Of a stretch of 40,645 nucleotides of DNA, positions 9,094 to 17,737 are shown piece by piece. A program made the position numbers and the translations under genes. This DNA comes from Bacillota bacterium (GTDB taxonomy: Bacteria; Bacillota; Bacilli; Tumebacillales; Effusibacillaceae): NCBI GenBank assembly GCA_020059765.1, contig JAGVBM010000338.1, forward strand, positions 1 through 40,645, given 5' to 3'. The stretch's first letter is position 1, and every line of letters begins with the position of its first letter. The notes beneath the pieces are model-generated. The model did not search any database and was not told where the DNA came from. It was given only the letters and a program-made list of their open reading frames with translations.

Positions 9094-11067
9094 TTAATCC
9101 TTCATATAGTAACCCGTCACGAACCCGGCGGCTTTCAGCGGAAGTCCCGGCGCCCAACTGATTGGAGCCCCCATGATCGCGTTCACCGCGTCGATGTCGG
9201 CTCTACTCTCTGGCGCGTCCAGCACTACTTCGTCATGGATATGCATCACAGTCTGGTATCCGGTTGTTGCGAGACGGGTCAAACTTTCGGCGAGGCAATC
9301 GCGTGCGATCGCTTGTGTCACGTTCTCCACCAGCTTTCCACCGTATGTCGGGACGACTTCCCATTTCCGGGTTTTTTGGTTGACGCCGTGGTAATGGAGG
9401 GCTTCGCGTCCCAAATCGTTTTGATGAAGAAACGGCCGGGCGTAGAACAGTTTGCGCCCGCTGGGCAACGTGATGGTTAGGAAATCCTGTTGTGTATCGT
9501 AGTCACCCTCTCGGGCGAGTATTAGCCCCCGGACTCCGACCGGATACCCGGAACGCATAACATCCAATGCTGCGTTTTCCAAGCTGTACCACAGGTCCAT
9601 AATTCTACGGTTTGAAGATCGCCACCGCCGAACGATGTCAGGAAGCTCATCTTCCGTTAATCCCATATCCAGTGCACCCATTGCGATGAGCGCCCCGGGT
9701 CCGCCTTGGTAGCCGAGGGCCAATTCCGCCACCTTTCCCTTTTGCCGCAAATCGTATTCTGGATTCCCTTTCGCTATTAATTCGATCGGCACGCCGAACA
9801 TCTGAGATGCGGAAGCTTCATAAATTTTTCCGTGTGTTGCGAATACGTCGAGCCGCCATTGCTCCCCGGCCAGCCATGCGAGAACGCGTGCTTCGATCGC
9901 AGAGAAGTCTGCAACAAGAAACACATGTCCTGGCGACGGTACAAATGCTGTCCGGATAAGCTGGGACAAAGTGTCTGGTACATTACCATAAACGATTTTG
10001 AGAACGTCGACCTTTTTGGCCTTCGCACACTCCCGTGCGTGGGAAAGCGTCTCCAGGTAGTTGCGCGGGAGATTTTGCACTTGAACAAGCCGGCCGGCCC
10101 AGCGCCCCGTCCTGTTGGCTCCATAGAACTGTAACAGCCCTCGGATCCGTCCGTCCGAGCAAACGGCCTCGCGCATAGCTTGATACTTTTTGACGGAAGT
10201 TTTGGCCAACTCCTGACGAATCTCCAACACTCTTTTTACTTTGCCTTCCTCAACCGATTCGATCAGTTTTGATACCGTGCCCTTCTGCAGGTTATCCACT
10301 TCCTCACCGATCTCCTCGGTCAGCCATTCTGTCAGCTGCTTAACGCTTTTCGGGTTGTCTAGTCCAGAGAGCTGAATAGCTTCTTCCATCAGCTCTGCCG
10401 TAATATCCTCATCAATTTGCAACGCTCCCTCAACTACGCCTATGTCCACGGCAACACCGAATGCGTTGATCCGCTGATCCAGCTCCCACAGCCGTTGCTC
10501 TTGCTCCGGTACCGGAAACGCCGACAACCGCCGCTCGATCTCCATTTCAGTCACTACGTCCTGTCGGCAGTAATCTTTGAACAGTTGCCATTTCTCCGGC
10601 TCATGATGCGGCAATGTGCGTGTGCGATTTCCGTTTGATTTGGTTGGCTTCGTAGGTATGCAGAATGTCCGGATCAGCGCGGAGCCGATACCCATTTTAC
10701 GTTTGTCTTCCGGAAGTCCCAATGCCACGGCTGTAGCAGCCAATCCTGCCGTGTATCCGCAGTAGAGTCCATGGACCATGGTGCAGCTCCACTGTTCGAC
10801 TGGCGAGTAATAGAACCTGTTCAGGCAGTACCATTCAAAAGAAGCGTTGTACGCGTGCTTGATAACGTTCGGATCTTGTAACGCGACAACGATCTCTTGC
10901 GGCAGCTGTTCGCCCTGCGTCAGATCAATGACTTGCACCGGTTCACCGTCCCAGGAGTAAGCGAATAAAAGGATCTGGAAGTCGGCGGACTGCACATATT
11001 TGTACAATCCCGCTTTTTTAATGTCGACGCTGCTAAACGTCTCAATGTCAGTGGATAAGTGTCTCAT
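9094..11067 (-). CDS. Phage DNA polymerase, family A (3'-5' exonuclease plus polymerase)
   Basis: DIETFS and HAYNASFE exonuclease motifs; TGRW, DFSAIEAR, KVAELALGY, HIHDE. Confidence 0.95.
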   Translation of the reverse strand: MRHLSTDIETFSSVDIKKAGLYKYVQSADFQILLFAYSWDGEPVQVIDLTQGEQLPQEIVVALQDPNVIKHAYNASFEWYCLNRFYYSPVEQWSCTMVHGLYCGYTAGLAATAVALGLPEDKRKMGIGSALIRTFCIPTKPTKSNGNRTRTLPHHEPEKWQLFKDYCRQDVVTEMEIERRLSAFPVPEQEQRLWELDQRINAFGVAVDIGVVEGALQIDEDITAELMEEAIQLSGLDNPKSVKQLTEWLTEEIGEEVDNLQKGTVSKLIESVEEGKVKRVLEIRQELAKTSVKKYQAMREAVCSDGRIRGLLQFYGANRTGRWAGRLVQVQNLPRNYLETLSHARECAKAKKVDVLKIVYGNVPDTLSQLIRTAFVPSPGHVFLVADFSAIEARVLAWLAGEQWRLDVFATHGKIYEASASQMFGVPIELIAKGNPEYDLRQKGKVAELALGYQGGPGALIAMGALDMGLTEDELPDIVRRWRSSNRRIMDLWYSLENAALDVMRSGYPVGVRGLILAREGDYDTQQDFLTITLPSGRKLFYARPFLHQNDLGREALHYHGVNQKTRKWEVVPTYGGKLVENVTQAIARDCLAESLTRLATTGYQTVMHIHDEVVLDAPESRADIDAVNAIMGAPISWAPGLPLKAAGFVTGYYMKD

Positions 11068-11840
11068 AACCCCATAACGCCGCCGTTAAGAGGCTTGCCA
11101 GTGATCGGATCGTATTGGACCGGTTGCTGCGGTTGTTGTGGATATGCCGGTGGTTGTTGGCCGTAGCCCTGCTGCGGTGGATAAGCAGGAGCTGCAAACG
11201 GATAACCAGGTTGCGGATATGCCGGCTGTTGTGCAGGCTGCTGCGGGTATGCGGGAACTGAGGGCGCATAAGCCGGAGCCGTGGCAGCTAAGCTGGCGAA
11301 ATCTTCAGCAGCAGAACGTCCCCCAGCCAACGGCTCTCCGTCCTCAAGTTTCTGCACGTTACCAAGTCCGCAACCAACACCTTTCTTACCGTTTGAGTTA
11401 TAGGCAAAGAAACGGATCGAGACGCGGCCATAGCATCCGGAATAAATTTCAGATTGATTCATAATCGGATTGAGATTGATGTCGACGATATCAGGTCTGC
11501 GATCAGCTTTTGAGGATGCCGTCATTACCCAATGTCCTTTGCATTCAGGTCCAAAAGGCATACCGTCAGACGGTTTCACGCCATCTCCGTCATGGATCGG
11601 GAAATGGATTTGCGGAGGGCGAACGCCGTTCCATGGTTTTGAAATTCCCTCTTGGATTGCGGCGTTAATTGCGGCATCAATCCGTTGCTTCGTTGCGATG
11701 TCTGACTTAGGGATAAGCAGTGTCACGCTATATTTCGGTTCTTGTCCTTGCTGCTTCGCATAAGGTGTAAACAGGTGAACAAAGCTCAGTCTTACTTTAC
11801 CGGTTACTACTCGTTGCGCGTCTTGGTTACTCATTCTCAT
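11064..11840 (-). CDS. DUF2815 / gp2.5-like ssDNA-binding protein with Pro/Gln-rich tail
   Basis: TGKVRLSF, KYSVTLLIPK, YSGCY, GLGNVQKL..GEPL. Confidence 0.88.
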   Translation of the reverse strand: MRMSNQDAQRVVTGKVRLSFVHLFTPYAKQQGQEPKYSVTLLIPKSDIATKQRIDAAINAAIQEGISKPWNGVRPPQIHFPIHDGDGVKPSDGMPFGPECKGHWVMTASSKADRRPDIVDINLNPIMNQSEIYSGCYGRVSIRFFAYNSNGKKGVGCGLGNVQKLEDGEPLAGGRSAAEDFASLAATAPAYAPSVPAYPQQPAQQPAYPQPGYPFAAPAYPPQQGYGQQPPAYPQQPQQPVQYDPITGKPLNGGVMGL

Positions 11841-11864
11841 TACCTCCTAAGGTTTGGTCTGAAT

Positions 11865-13085
11865 TCACTCTTGTGAATTAAAATCGCTCCAAGCAGAATA
11901 CTTGTCATCCTTAGCAAAATCATCAGCTGCTGTTACTCGTGTAATCGCATCTCGTTTGTCACTCATCAACGCAAGAGTCGGTTTGCCGGGTTCCACTTTA
12001 ACAAGTCCTGGTTCTTCGAGTAGTTTTCGGTATTCCGCTTTTCCGAGTACCTTTTCAACCTGAGCCACGGTCAACGGCTTGCGTTCGTAAAGCATGGCTT
12101 CTTCAATTCCGTTTTCCGTAAGTCGTTTGAACGCATCATCGATGTTCGTGTACTGGCGCGATCCGCGTCCCTCAACGGCTTTCCAGCCGGTAACATCACC
12201 TCCCTTGAGGATCTCAGCCAGCGCATATTCCTCCAGGTCGGATACCCACTTGGCGAGTCCCCGGGCCCGCTCCAGGATCTGCCCCACTTCCTCGTTGGAG
12301 ATCAGCGGCGGGACCATCTTATTGAAATCCTCCAGCGCCGTGTAGTGTTGTGTGCGTGCTCTGCAGGTGTGCCGTGCCCGGCAAAACCGGCAGTGATCAC
12401 CAGGTACAAAGTCCCCCTCGCCAGCGAAAGCTTTTTGCGCGATAGGTTTGATAGACTCGCCCCACTCGAGGAGTTCAGCGATCGACATCTCATCCTCTGA
12501 AATGTCATCCAGACGCGGTTGAATGATCGCCATTTTGACCTTCTCGATCGGATACAGGAAACTGTACTCTGTATAGGCTCCCAGCGCGTACAGACGCATT
12601 TGCGGGTTGCCCACAGCCGAAACCGGTACGCCTTTTCCGTACTTCAGATCGTTGATGTACAGAGTGTTTCCCGCGATGATCACGCAGTCGCCAGTACCGA
12701 ACCCTTCCGGTGCATAAAAGCTGTAATCAAGCCGTTTTTCAATCGCAACATAAGGCGGCGTTGTGAAACCGTGAACGATACCCTTGATATAGTCCACATA
12801 GGTGTCCGTATGCCGCATCATTTCATCCTGGTACAGATCGTCCGCTTGCAACTCTTTCAGTTTTTTGTTGAAGGTCCTTACTCCCATCGGCTCGACGAAA
12901 TGCTTGCGCAGCTTAAGTTCGGCGATCGCGTGTGCCAGCGTGCCTTCCGCAGCGTACTCAGATTCTTGGTCAGGAAACTGCTCTTCTAAGCGCGCGGATG
13001 GCGTACAATGCAACCATTTGTGCGAGCTGGAGGCGGAGAGCAGTGCATGCGCTCTCTCGCCTGCTACCGGTACTGCAGTGCTCAC
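11865..13085 (-). CDS. DUF2800 Cas4-like PD-(D/E)XK exonuclease
   Basis: HALLSASSSHKWLHC, EGTLAH, FGTGD, DLKYG, NPQMRLYA, CRFC...C. Confidence 0.9.
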   Translation of the reverse strand: MSTAVPVAGERAHALLSASSSHKWLHCTPSARLEEQFPDQESEYAAEGTLAHAIAELKLRKHFVEPMGVRTFNKKLKELQADDLYQDEMMRHTDTYVDYIKGIVHGFTTPPYVAIEKRLDYSFYAPEGFGTGDCVIIAGNTLYINDLKYGKGVPVSAVGNPQMRLYALGAYTEYSFLYPIEKVKMAIIQPRLDDISEDEMSIAELLEWGESIKPIAQKAFAGEGDFVPGDHCRFCRARHTCRARTQHYTALEDFNKMVPPLISNEEVGQILERARGLAKWVSDLEEYALAEILKGGDVTGWKAVEGRGSRQYTNIDDAFKRLTENGIEEAMLYERKPLTVAQVEKVLGKAEYRKLLEEPGLVKVEPGKPTLALMSDKRDAITRVTAADDFAKDDKYSAWSDFNSQE

Positions 13086-13423
13086 AGGACAACCTCCAAT
13101 CGTTCACTGACTTTCGGAACGGATGTTTCGCCGAGAATGAATTGAACATCTATCACATCGCCAGTTTTGAGATCGTGGAAATGGCTCTCGATATACTGAT
13201 GCGCGGTGTACATGGTACGATTCGTCCATTCATACGGATCATTCGCAGACAGACAATCATGCAAACGTGTCACCATGATGGAGGTGGGATCGACATAGTT
13301 TTGATATCCCGCACGCCCGATCAGATAGGCTTCTTCATAGATATCTGATGTAAGCAGTGTCGCCATGACCGGGATGAAGGTTCCAGCGTCTCTGATCTCA
13401 AACAGCTTGGTTACGACACTCAT
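13082..13423 (-). CDS. Hypothetical protein
   Basis: 113 aa, translationally coupled on both sides. Confidence 0.7.
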   Translation of the reverse strand: MSVVTKLFEIRDAGTFIPVMATLLTSDIYEEAYLIGRAGYQNYVDPTSIMVTRLHDCLSANDPYEWTNRTMYTAHQYIESHFHDLKTGDVIDVQFILGETSVPKVSERLEVVL

Positions 13424-13842
13424 ATTTTCGCCCCCATCGCGCGCAGCTGCGTGGCGAATGCGCCGTACTGCTCTTTGTGCAACGCGGTTAATGCTTGTAC
13501 ACCGAACGAAGCGAGCAACGAAACCAGTTCAGCTCTACGTCCGGCATCGACAAGCTGCGTTGCAGCTACTGCCAGTTGCTCCATGGTGTAGGTTTGCGCT
13601 GCAGTGGGTACCACCGGCGCTGGTGCCGGGGCTACAGGCGGCGCCGCATAAGTTGGTGAAGGCACTGCAGACATCGGTATGACAGGCGGTGCGGCAGGTG
13701 GCGGTGTTACAGGTGTAGTTGCAGCAGCCTGTTCAGTTGCCACAGTTGCTGCTGCAGCCGCCACGTTTCCAGTTAAGGCCGTGGCCAGGTTGTTGATCGC
13801 TTGCGCCAACTCCGGCGCTTGGATATGGATGGTGATGTTCAT
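13420..13842 (-). CDS. Conserved hypothetical preceding DUF2800 (Ala/Pro linker, C-terminal helical domain)
   Basis: GGAGG RBS; LLASFGVQALTAL..EQYG motif typical at this position. Confidence 0.75.
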   Translation of the reverse strand: MNITIHIQAPELAQAINNLATALTGNVAAAAATVATEQAAATTPVTPPPAAPPVIPMSAVPSPTYAAPPVAPAPAPVVPTAAQTYTMEQLAVAATQLVDAGRRAELVSLLASFGVQALTALHKEQYGAFATQLRAMGAKI

Positions 13843-14040
13843 TAAATGACCTCCTCATTCTTGGCACATGTATTACAAAGACCATGAATACGGTCCTCGT
13901 CGGTCAGTTCATCCGCACATACGATGCAGTTGGGTTCCAGGTTTGGTTTGGACAGTGCGCTCCCCTCCCCTTTGTGATAAAATAGAAACGTAGATTTTCT
14001 CCTTGACGGAGAATCGAAGGCTTAATCGTGTATAAGACGA

Positions 14041-14163
14041 TTAGGCCATTTTCTTTTTTCTGAGCTGCATCCATTTCCACTGAGTAAGCCTTGCTTTGAC
14101 TTCCAGCATCTCCAGCTGTTCATCGATAGATAAAGAACGCCATTTCCAGATAATCACGTTCAC
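14041..14163 (-). CDS. Small hypothetical protein
   Basis: GTG start with GGGGGTG RBS: MNVIIWKWRSLSIDEQ... Confidence 0.55.
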   Translation of the reverse strand: MNVIIWKWRSLSIDEQLEMLEVKARLTQWKWMQLRKKKMA

Positions 14164-14318
14164 CGATTCACCCCCAACCTGGCCTCCATAATCACTTGAA
14201 TCACCTTTTCGCGCTGTTGATGGATCGGACACATCGCGCAGACAACGCCACAGTTCTCCATCTTGTGGATCTCACATCGACCGCAAGCCATGTTCAAAGC
14301 GTTCAGCTGCTCGTCCAT
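14160..14318 (-). CDS. 52-aa Cys-rich protein (not in ORF track)
   Basis: MDEQLNALNMACGRCEIHKMENCGVVCAMCPIHQQREKVIQVIMEARLGVNR; GGAGG RBS. Confidence 0.65.
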   Translation of the reverse strand: MDEQLNALNMACGRCEIHKMENCGVVCAMCPIHQQREKVIQVIMEARLGVNR

Positions 14319-14446
14319 TCCATTTCCTCCACGCGCTTGACGTGCTCTTTGGCCTGGTTTTCGGTGTCGTATGCTCGCAACACGATGTCACCAATAAGCA
14401 CAACCCATTTCTTAACCCTGTCATCCCATGCATATCGAACCGGCAC
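14303..14446 (-). CDS. 47-aa hypothetical protein (not in ORF track)
   Basis: MPVRYAWDDRVKKWVVLIGDIVLRAYDTENQAKEHVKRVEEMEWTSS; GGGGAG RBS. Confidence 0.6.
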   Translation of the reverse strand: MPVRYAWDDRVKKWVVLIGDIVLRAYDTENQAKEHVKRVEEMEWTSS

Positions 14447-14450
14447 TCGA

Positions 14451-14945
14451 TCACTCCCCTTTCAAATACCCTCTTTCCTTCAGTTTCTGTCGGTGCTCCC
14501 GCCAGATCCCGACCCATGAGACCGAGTATTCCTTACAAACAACTGCTACAAAGTGGCTGAGAGCGACAATCGCATCGATGGATTCCAGCAGGACCTTCTT
14601 GATTTCTTCTGAGGTATTTGACTTGTTAGCGATTGACGTCTTCCGGATCCACTGAGTCGCCTCTTCCAGTTCTTCGAGTGACTTTTCTTTGACAGCTGAT
14701 CGATGCAAATCCACATTGTTAAGCTTTGTCACCCAGCTGCCGCCGGTCATTTCCGCTGCGACCTCCATCGCATAGAACCCGGAATCCAACGTCTTAACCG
14801 CTCTTGGTGCCACGTCTCTTGGCAACTTCCGCCGGCCGGCCTCAATCTCCGCAACCATCGAGCGCGATAGATTGATATGTTCAGCAAGTTCTTTCTGTGT
14901 CACGCGGCTCCCACGCTCTTCCGCTTGGATAGTTCCGATGCTCAT
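14451..14945 (-). CDS. XRE-family HTH transcriptional regulator
   Basis: TQKELAEHINLSRSMVAEIEAGRR. Confidence 0.82.
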   Translation of the reverse strand: MSIGTIQAEERGSRVTQKELAEHINLSRSMVAEIEAGRRKLPRDVAPRAVKTLDSGFYAMEVAAEMTGGSWVTKLNNVDLHRSAVKEKSLEELEEATQWIRKTSIANKSNTSEEIKKVLLESIDAIVALSHFVAVVCKEYSVSWVGIWREHRQKLKERGYLKGE

Positions 14946-15099
14946 TCCCTTCCCTCCTTCCAATCTGTGACATCGACTTGGTTCTATGTCACTTCTCCGA
15001 GTAGTACGATAGGCTTGTCCTCAAAAAAGCCCCGCAAAATCCTATCACTTCTCCGTACATCACTCCTTTCGCGTGGCTGCTCGGCCCCTCACCGGGCAG

Positions 15100-15495
15100 C
15101 TATATTTTCACAATGTCAATCCCGACAGTGCGAAGTGCTGCGATACAAATCGCCTCCGGAGCAGTTGCCGCGTCCGCTGAAAATTCTTCAATGTCAAAAT
15201 CATCATGTTCATGATTTTCAAAACCGTGAAATCGCGTCAAATTACAATGCCATTTCCCGTCTGTCCCGTATAAAAGGCTCACGAATTCGAATTGATCTTT
15301 GATCTTCTCTATCACTTGCCAAGCGTATGATATTAATTCCGATGGTTTCCAAGCATCGTTCCAATGAACAAACTCATCGTTGGTGTTATACCAAAATCTC
15401 CCTAACGCTGTATCATGAACCTGCCACCCCATCACCTTTTCGGCGACGAGTGCATTCCGTTCAACCGGTGCCAACCGATCCCATTTATACATCAC
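15100..15495 (-). CDS. Phage ABA-sandwich-like domain protein
   Basis: VAEKVMGW...WKPS..ISYAWQVIEK...APEAICIAAL. Confidence 0.7.
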   Translation of the reverse strand: MMYKWDRLAPVERNALVAEKVMGWQVHDTALGRFWYNTNDEFVHWNDAWKPSELISYAWQVIEKIKDQFEFVSLLYGTDGKWHCNLTRFHGFENHEHDDFDIEEFSADAATAPEAICIAALRTVGIDIVKI

Positions 15496-15686
15496 GCAGT
15501 TTCACCACCCTCCAAAATCGCCGCGCGCTCCTTCCGCAGCATCTCAACTCGATCCATGATGTCCACCCTACGCCATGGAGATGTTTCTTTTCGTCCGAAT
15601 TCAGCTGCCAATCTCGCATGCTCGCGCGCAATATCGGAAAGGCGCCTCAGTTGGTCGTCTGGTAGCTGGTGGAGTTTTGTGTTCAT
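15492..15686 (-). CDS. Hypothetical protein
   Basis: 64 aa, ATGA-coupled. Confidence 0.6.
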   Translation of the reverse strand: MNTKLHQLPDDQLRRLSDIAREHARLAAEFGRKETSPWRRVDIMDRVEMLRKERAAILEGGETA

Positions 15687-15886
15687 GCTGGCTCACCACT
15701 TTTCCAATTCTGGTTTTCTTGCGAAGCCATCCACGCATCCAGCGCGTCACGGCGGAATAGGATTTTTCGACGGACCCGGACGTGCGGGATCTGCTTTTGG
15801 CGGACCATATTGTAGATGGTGTCCGGGTGGCAGCCGATGTAGGCGGCGGCATCGGTGACGGTCATCGTGACTTTATCCATGATCAC
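15683..15886 (-). CDS. Excisionase-like HTH_17 DNA-binding protein
   Basis: MTVTDAAAYIGCHPDTIY..VRQKQIPHVRV...FRRDALDAW. Confidence 0.85.
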   Translation of the reverse strand: MIMDKVTMTVTDAAAYIGCHPDTIYNMVRQKQIPHVRVRRKILFRRDALDAWMASQENQNWKSGEPA

Positions 15887-16602
15887 CCCACCTTTTGGTT
15901 CAACATCTTGTCTGCCACCCGGATCGCATCTTCCAGGCAGCCTGTTTTCGCGAGATATTCCGGGACCGATAGATCACGCAGCCCGTTTTTGAGTTTGAAG
16001 TTTTCGACCAACATCGTGATGTTCGTCCGATACGCTGTATTGTAGGCCGCCCGGAACTCATGCCAGGCTTGCGAAAATGTCAAACCTCTGTTGGCAGCAT
16101 ACTTCCGGATCATGGCGTTCAGCCGCTGCTGCAGATTGCCGAGGATATCGATCTTATCCATGTTGTCGATCCGGTGATGTGCGGCTTGCGCACGCTCCTC
16201 GATCTGTTCGACCTTGGTTTTCAACTCTTTGACAGATTGCGCTTGCATGATGATCAGGTCTTCAAGAGAGGTAGGCACCACATACACACCAGTTTTGCGA
16301 ATGTCCGGCAGAACTTCATGAGTAACCCACCGTTTGAACTGCTTCGCTTCTTGTTTGCGGCTGCCAAGCACCAAAGAATAGAGACCTGGTTCATTGACTG
16401 CGGCCATTTGTTGTGTTCCGCCAGGGGTGTCGGTTAAAACTACACCCTTTTCATCCTCATCAATCCGGTTAAGAGCATCCCGGCCGTTTGCAATCTCCAG
16501 AATGTCGCACACATCCCGGGCCACGAACCACGGTTCACCGTCTTTGATAACGGTGCGGAGCCGGGAACCGTTGTAATGGAAGATGTTTTGAAGTTGGTTC
16601 AC
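15883..16602 (-). CDS. BRO-N domain phage antirepressor-like protein
   Basis: GEPWFVARDVC, NEPGLYSLVLGSRK.EAK.FKRWVT.EVLP. Confidence 0.92.
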   Translation of the reverse strand: MNQLQNIFHYNGSRLRTVIKDGEPWFVARDVCDILEIANGRDALNRIDEDEKGVVLTDTPGGTQQMAAVNEPGLYSLVLGSRKQEAKQFKRWVTHEVLPDIRKTGVYVVPTSLEDLIIMQAQSVKELKTKVEQIEERAQAAHHRIDNMDKIDILGNLQQRLNAMIRKYAANRGLTFSQAWHEFRAAYNTAYRTNITMLVENFKLKNGLRDLSVPEYLAKTGCLEDAIRVADKMLNQKVG

Positions 16603-16692
16603 GCTCTCATCTCCTTTCAAGGATTTTCCACCTTCCGCGCAGAATTGGTTTGTTGTCCAGACTTACCAATCGAAAGGGAAGGGGGTGACGAA

Positions 16693-16932
16693 ATGTACAA
16701 GTGCGCGTTGTGCACACACGAATTACAAAAGCTTACTCGTGGACCTTTTGAGGCCGAACACTTCTATGCTCTTCCGGCGCTAGAAGTCGATGACCAGGGA
16801 AGCTACTACAGATCTCAGGAAAGAAGTCTGTATTTGACCGCCTGGATGTGTCCCAACTGTAAAAACGTTCAATTCTTTGCTGCAAAAGCCACAGGAGAAA
16901 TTCAAGAAGGGCGTATTCGTTACAGCAAGTGA
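16693..16932 (+). CDS. Antisense moron, Zn-ribbon protein (79 aa)
   Basis: GGGGGTG RBS; CALC...CPNC; own promoter-like leader. Confidence 0.75.
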   Translation: MYKCALCTHELQKLTRGPFEAEHFYALPALEVDDQGSYYRSQERSLYLTAWMCPNCKNVQFFAAKATGEIQEGRIRYSK

Positions 16933-17288
16933 TACCCATCAACCTGTGCAGCTATTGATTCCGAATCGACCAAACATTGTCCGCAAACTGGGCAAAACTT
17001 GAACAATGGGCTGTACTCTTTATTGCAAGATACACAGCTTTTGATAGCCGTCGTTGCAGCGGCGGCTTTTTCTTCCCTCAGCGAAATTTCCAATTGGTTC
17101 ATCTCACCCAGGAGCCGCTTTTCGACCTCTTTCGCGAACGCTGATTCAAAAGAGTTTTTCGAACGCATATACAACTCGTAGACAGCGTCTCTGGCAGCCC
17201 CGTAAGTGAACGAACTTTCTTTGATCTCTTCGAGCTTCCGCTGAACCAACTGATCGAAATGATTTTTTAATTCCTCCAATCCCTTCAC
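16920..17288 (-). CDS. Hypothetical protein with C-terminal Zn-ribbon
   Basis: CVSC...FKFCPVCG; convergent and overlapping with 16693..16932; exact start uncertain. Confidence 0.7.
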   Translation of the reverse strand: MKGLEELKNHFDQLVQRKLEEIKESSFTYGAARDAVYELYMRSKNSFESAFAKEVEKRLLGEMNQLEISLREEKAAAATTAIKSCVSCNKEYSPLFKFCPVCGQCLVDSESIAAQVDGYHLL

Positions 17289-17291
17289 CCC

Positions 17292-17310
17292 CTACGCCGT
17301 GCTGGCGGAT
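17292..17310. repeat. Direct repeat copy 1 (duplicated cro 3' end)
   Basis: CTACGCCGTGCTGGCGGAT, identical to 17738..17756. Confidence 0.85.
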
Positions 17311-17382
17311 TGATTAGCAGGCAATCCTCCCTTGGTGTCTAATCTTATAATTAGGGCACCGTGTCATAAGGAGAGATGCCGT

Positions 17383-17535
17383 TTGTCAAAAGAAGTGATT
17401 TGTGCACAATGCGGTAAAACTTTCAGCCCTCCTGAAATGCTTTACCCGAGCGAAAATTTATTCCCAAGCAGTACCCTGTATCCAGTAAGCGAAGAATCAA
17501 AAACGACCTGCCCTGACTGTTTGAACCAAAAGTAG
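17383..17535 (+). CDS. 50-aa Zn-ribbon protein displaying an LYPSxx repeat (tail-hub mimic)
   Basis: TTG start, AAGGAGA RBS, TATAAT at 17346; CAQC...LYPSENLFPSSTLYP...CPDC. Confidence 0.75.
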   Translation: MSKEVICAQCGKTFSPPEMLYPSENLFPSSTLYPVSEESKTTCPDCLNQK

Positions 17536-17562
17536 GAATCACCCGACACGGTGCCCTACTTG

Positions 17563-17721
17563 TTACTTAACTTGCAGTTCCGCTATTGCCCGGTACAGCT
17601 CCGCGATTGCGTCTTCAATCTTTTGCAAGCGTTCCGGTGTAACAGGCGTTCCCTCTCGGATGACTTCTCCGTTTTCTCCAACAATGCGATCTTGCCATTG
17701 TGTCGGCTCATAGGTTTTCAC
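17563..17721 (-). CDS. 52-aa stand-alone tail-fibre N-terminal-like protein (not in ORF track)
   Basis: GTG start, GAGGGGTG RBS; MKTYEPTQWQDRIVGENGEVIREGTPVTPERLQKIEDAIAELYRAIAELQVK. Confidence 0.75.
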   Translation of the reverse strand: MKTYEPTQWQDRIVGENGEVIREGTPVTPERLQKIEDAIAELYRAIAELQVK

Positions 17722-17737
17722 GTTTATTCACCCCTCT

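Noticed and set aside
11865-13085. CRISPR-associated Cas4 or CRISPR system
   Set aside because: No array or other cas genes; standard DUF2800-SSB-PolA replication context
14272-14517. 81-aa ORF from the track
   Set aside because: Two alternative-frame ORFs (14303..14446 and 14160..14318) have better RBSs and tile the region
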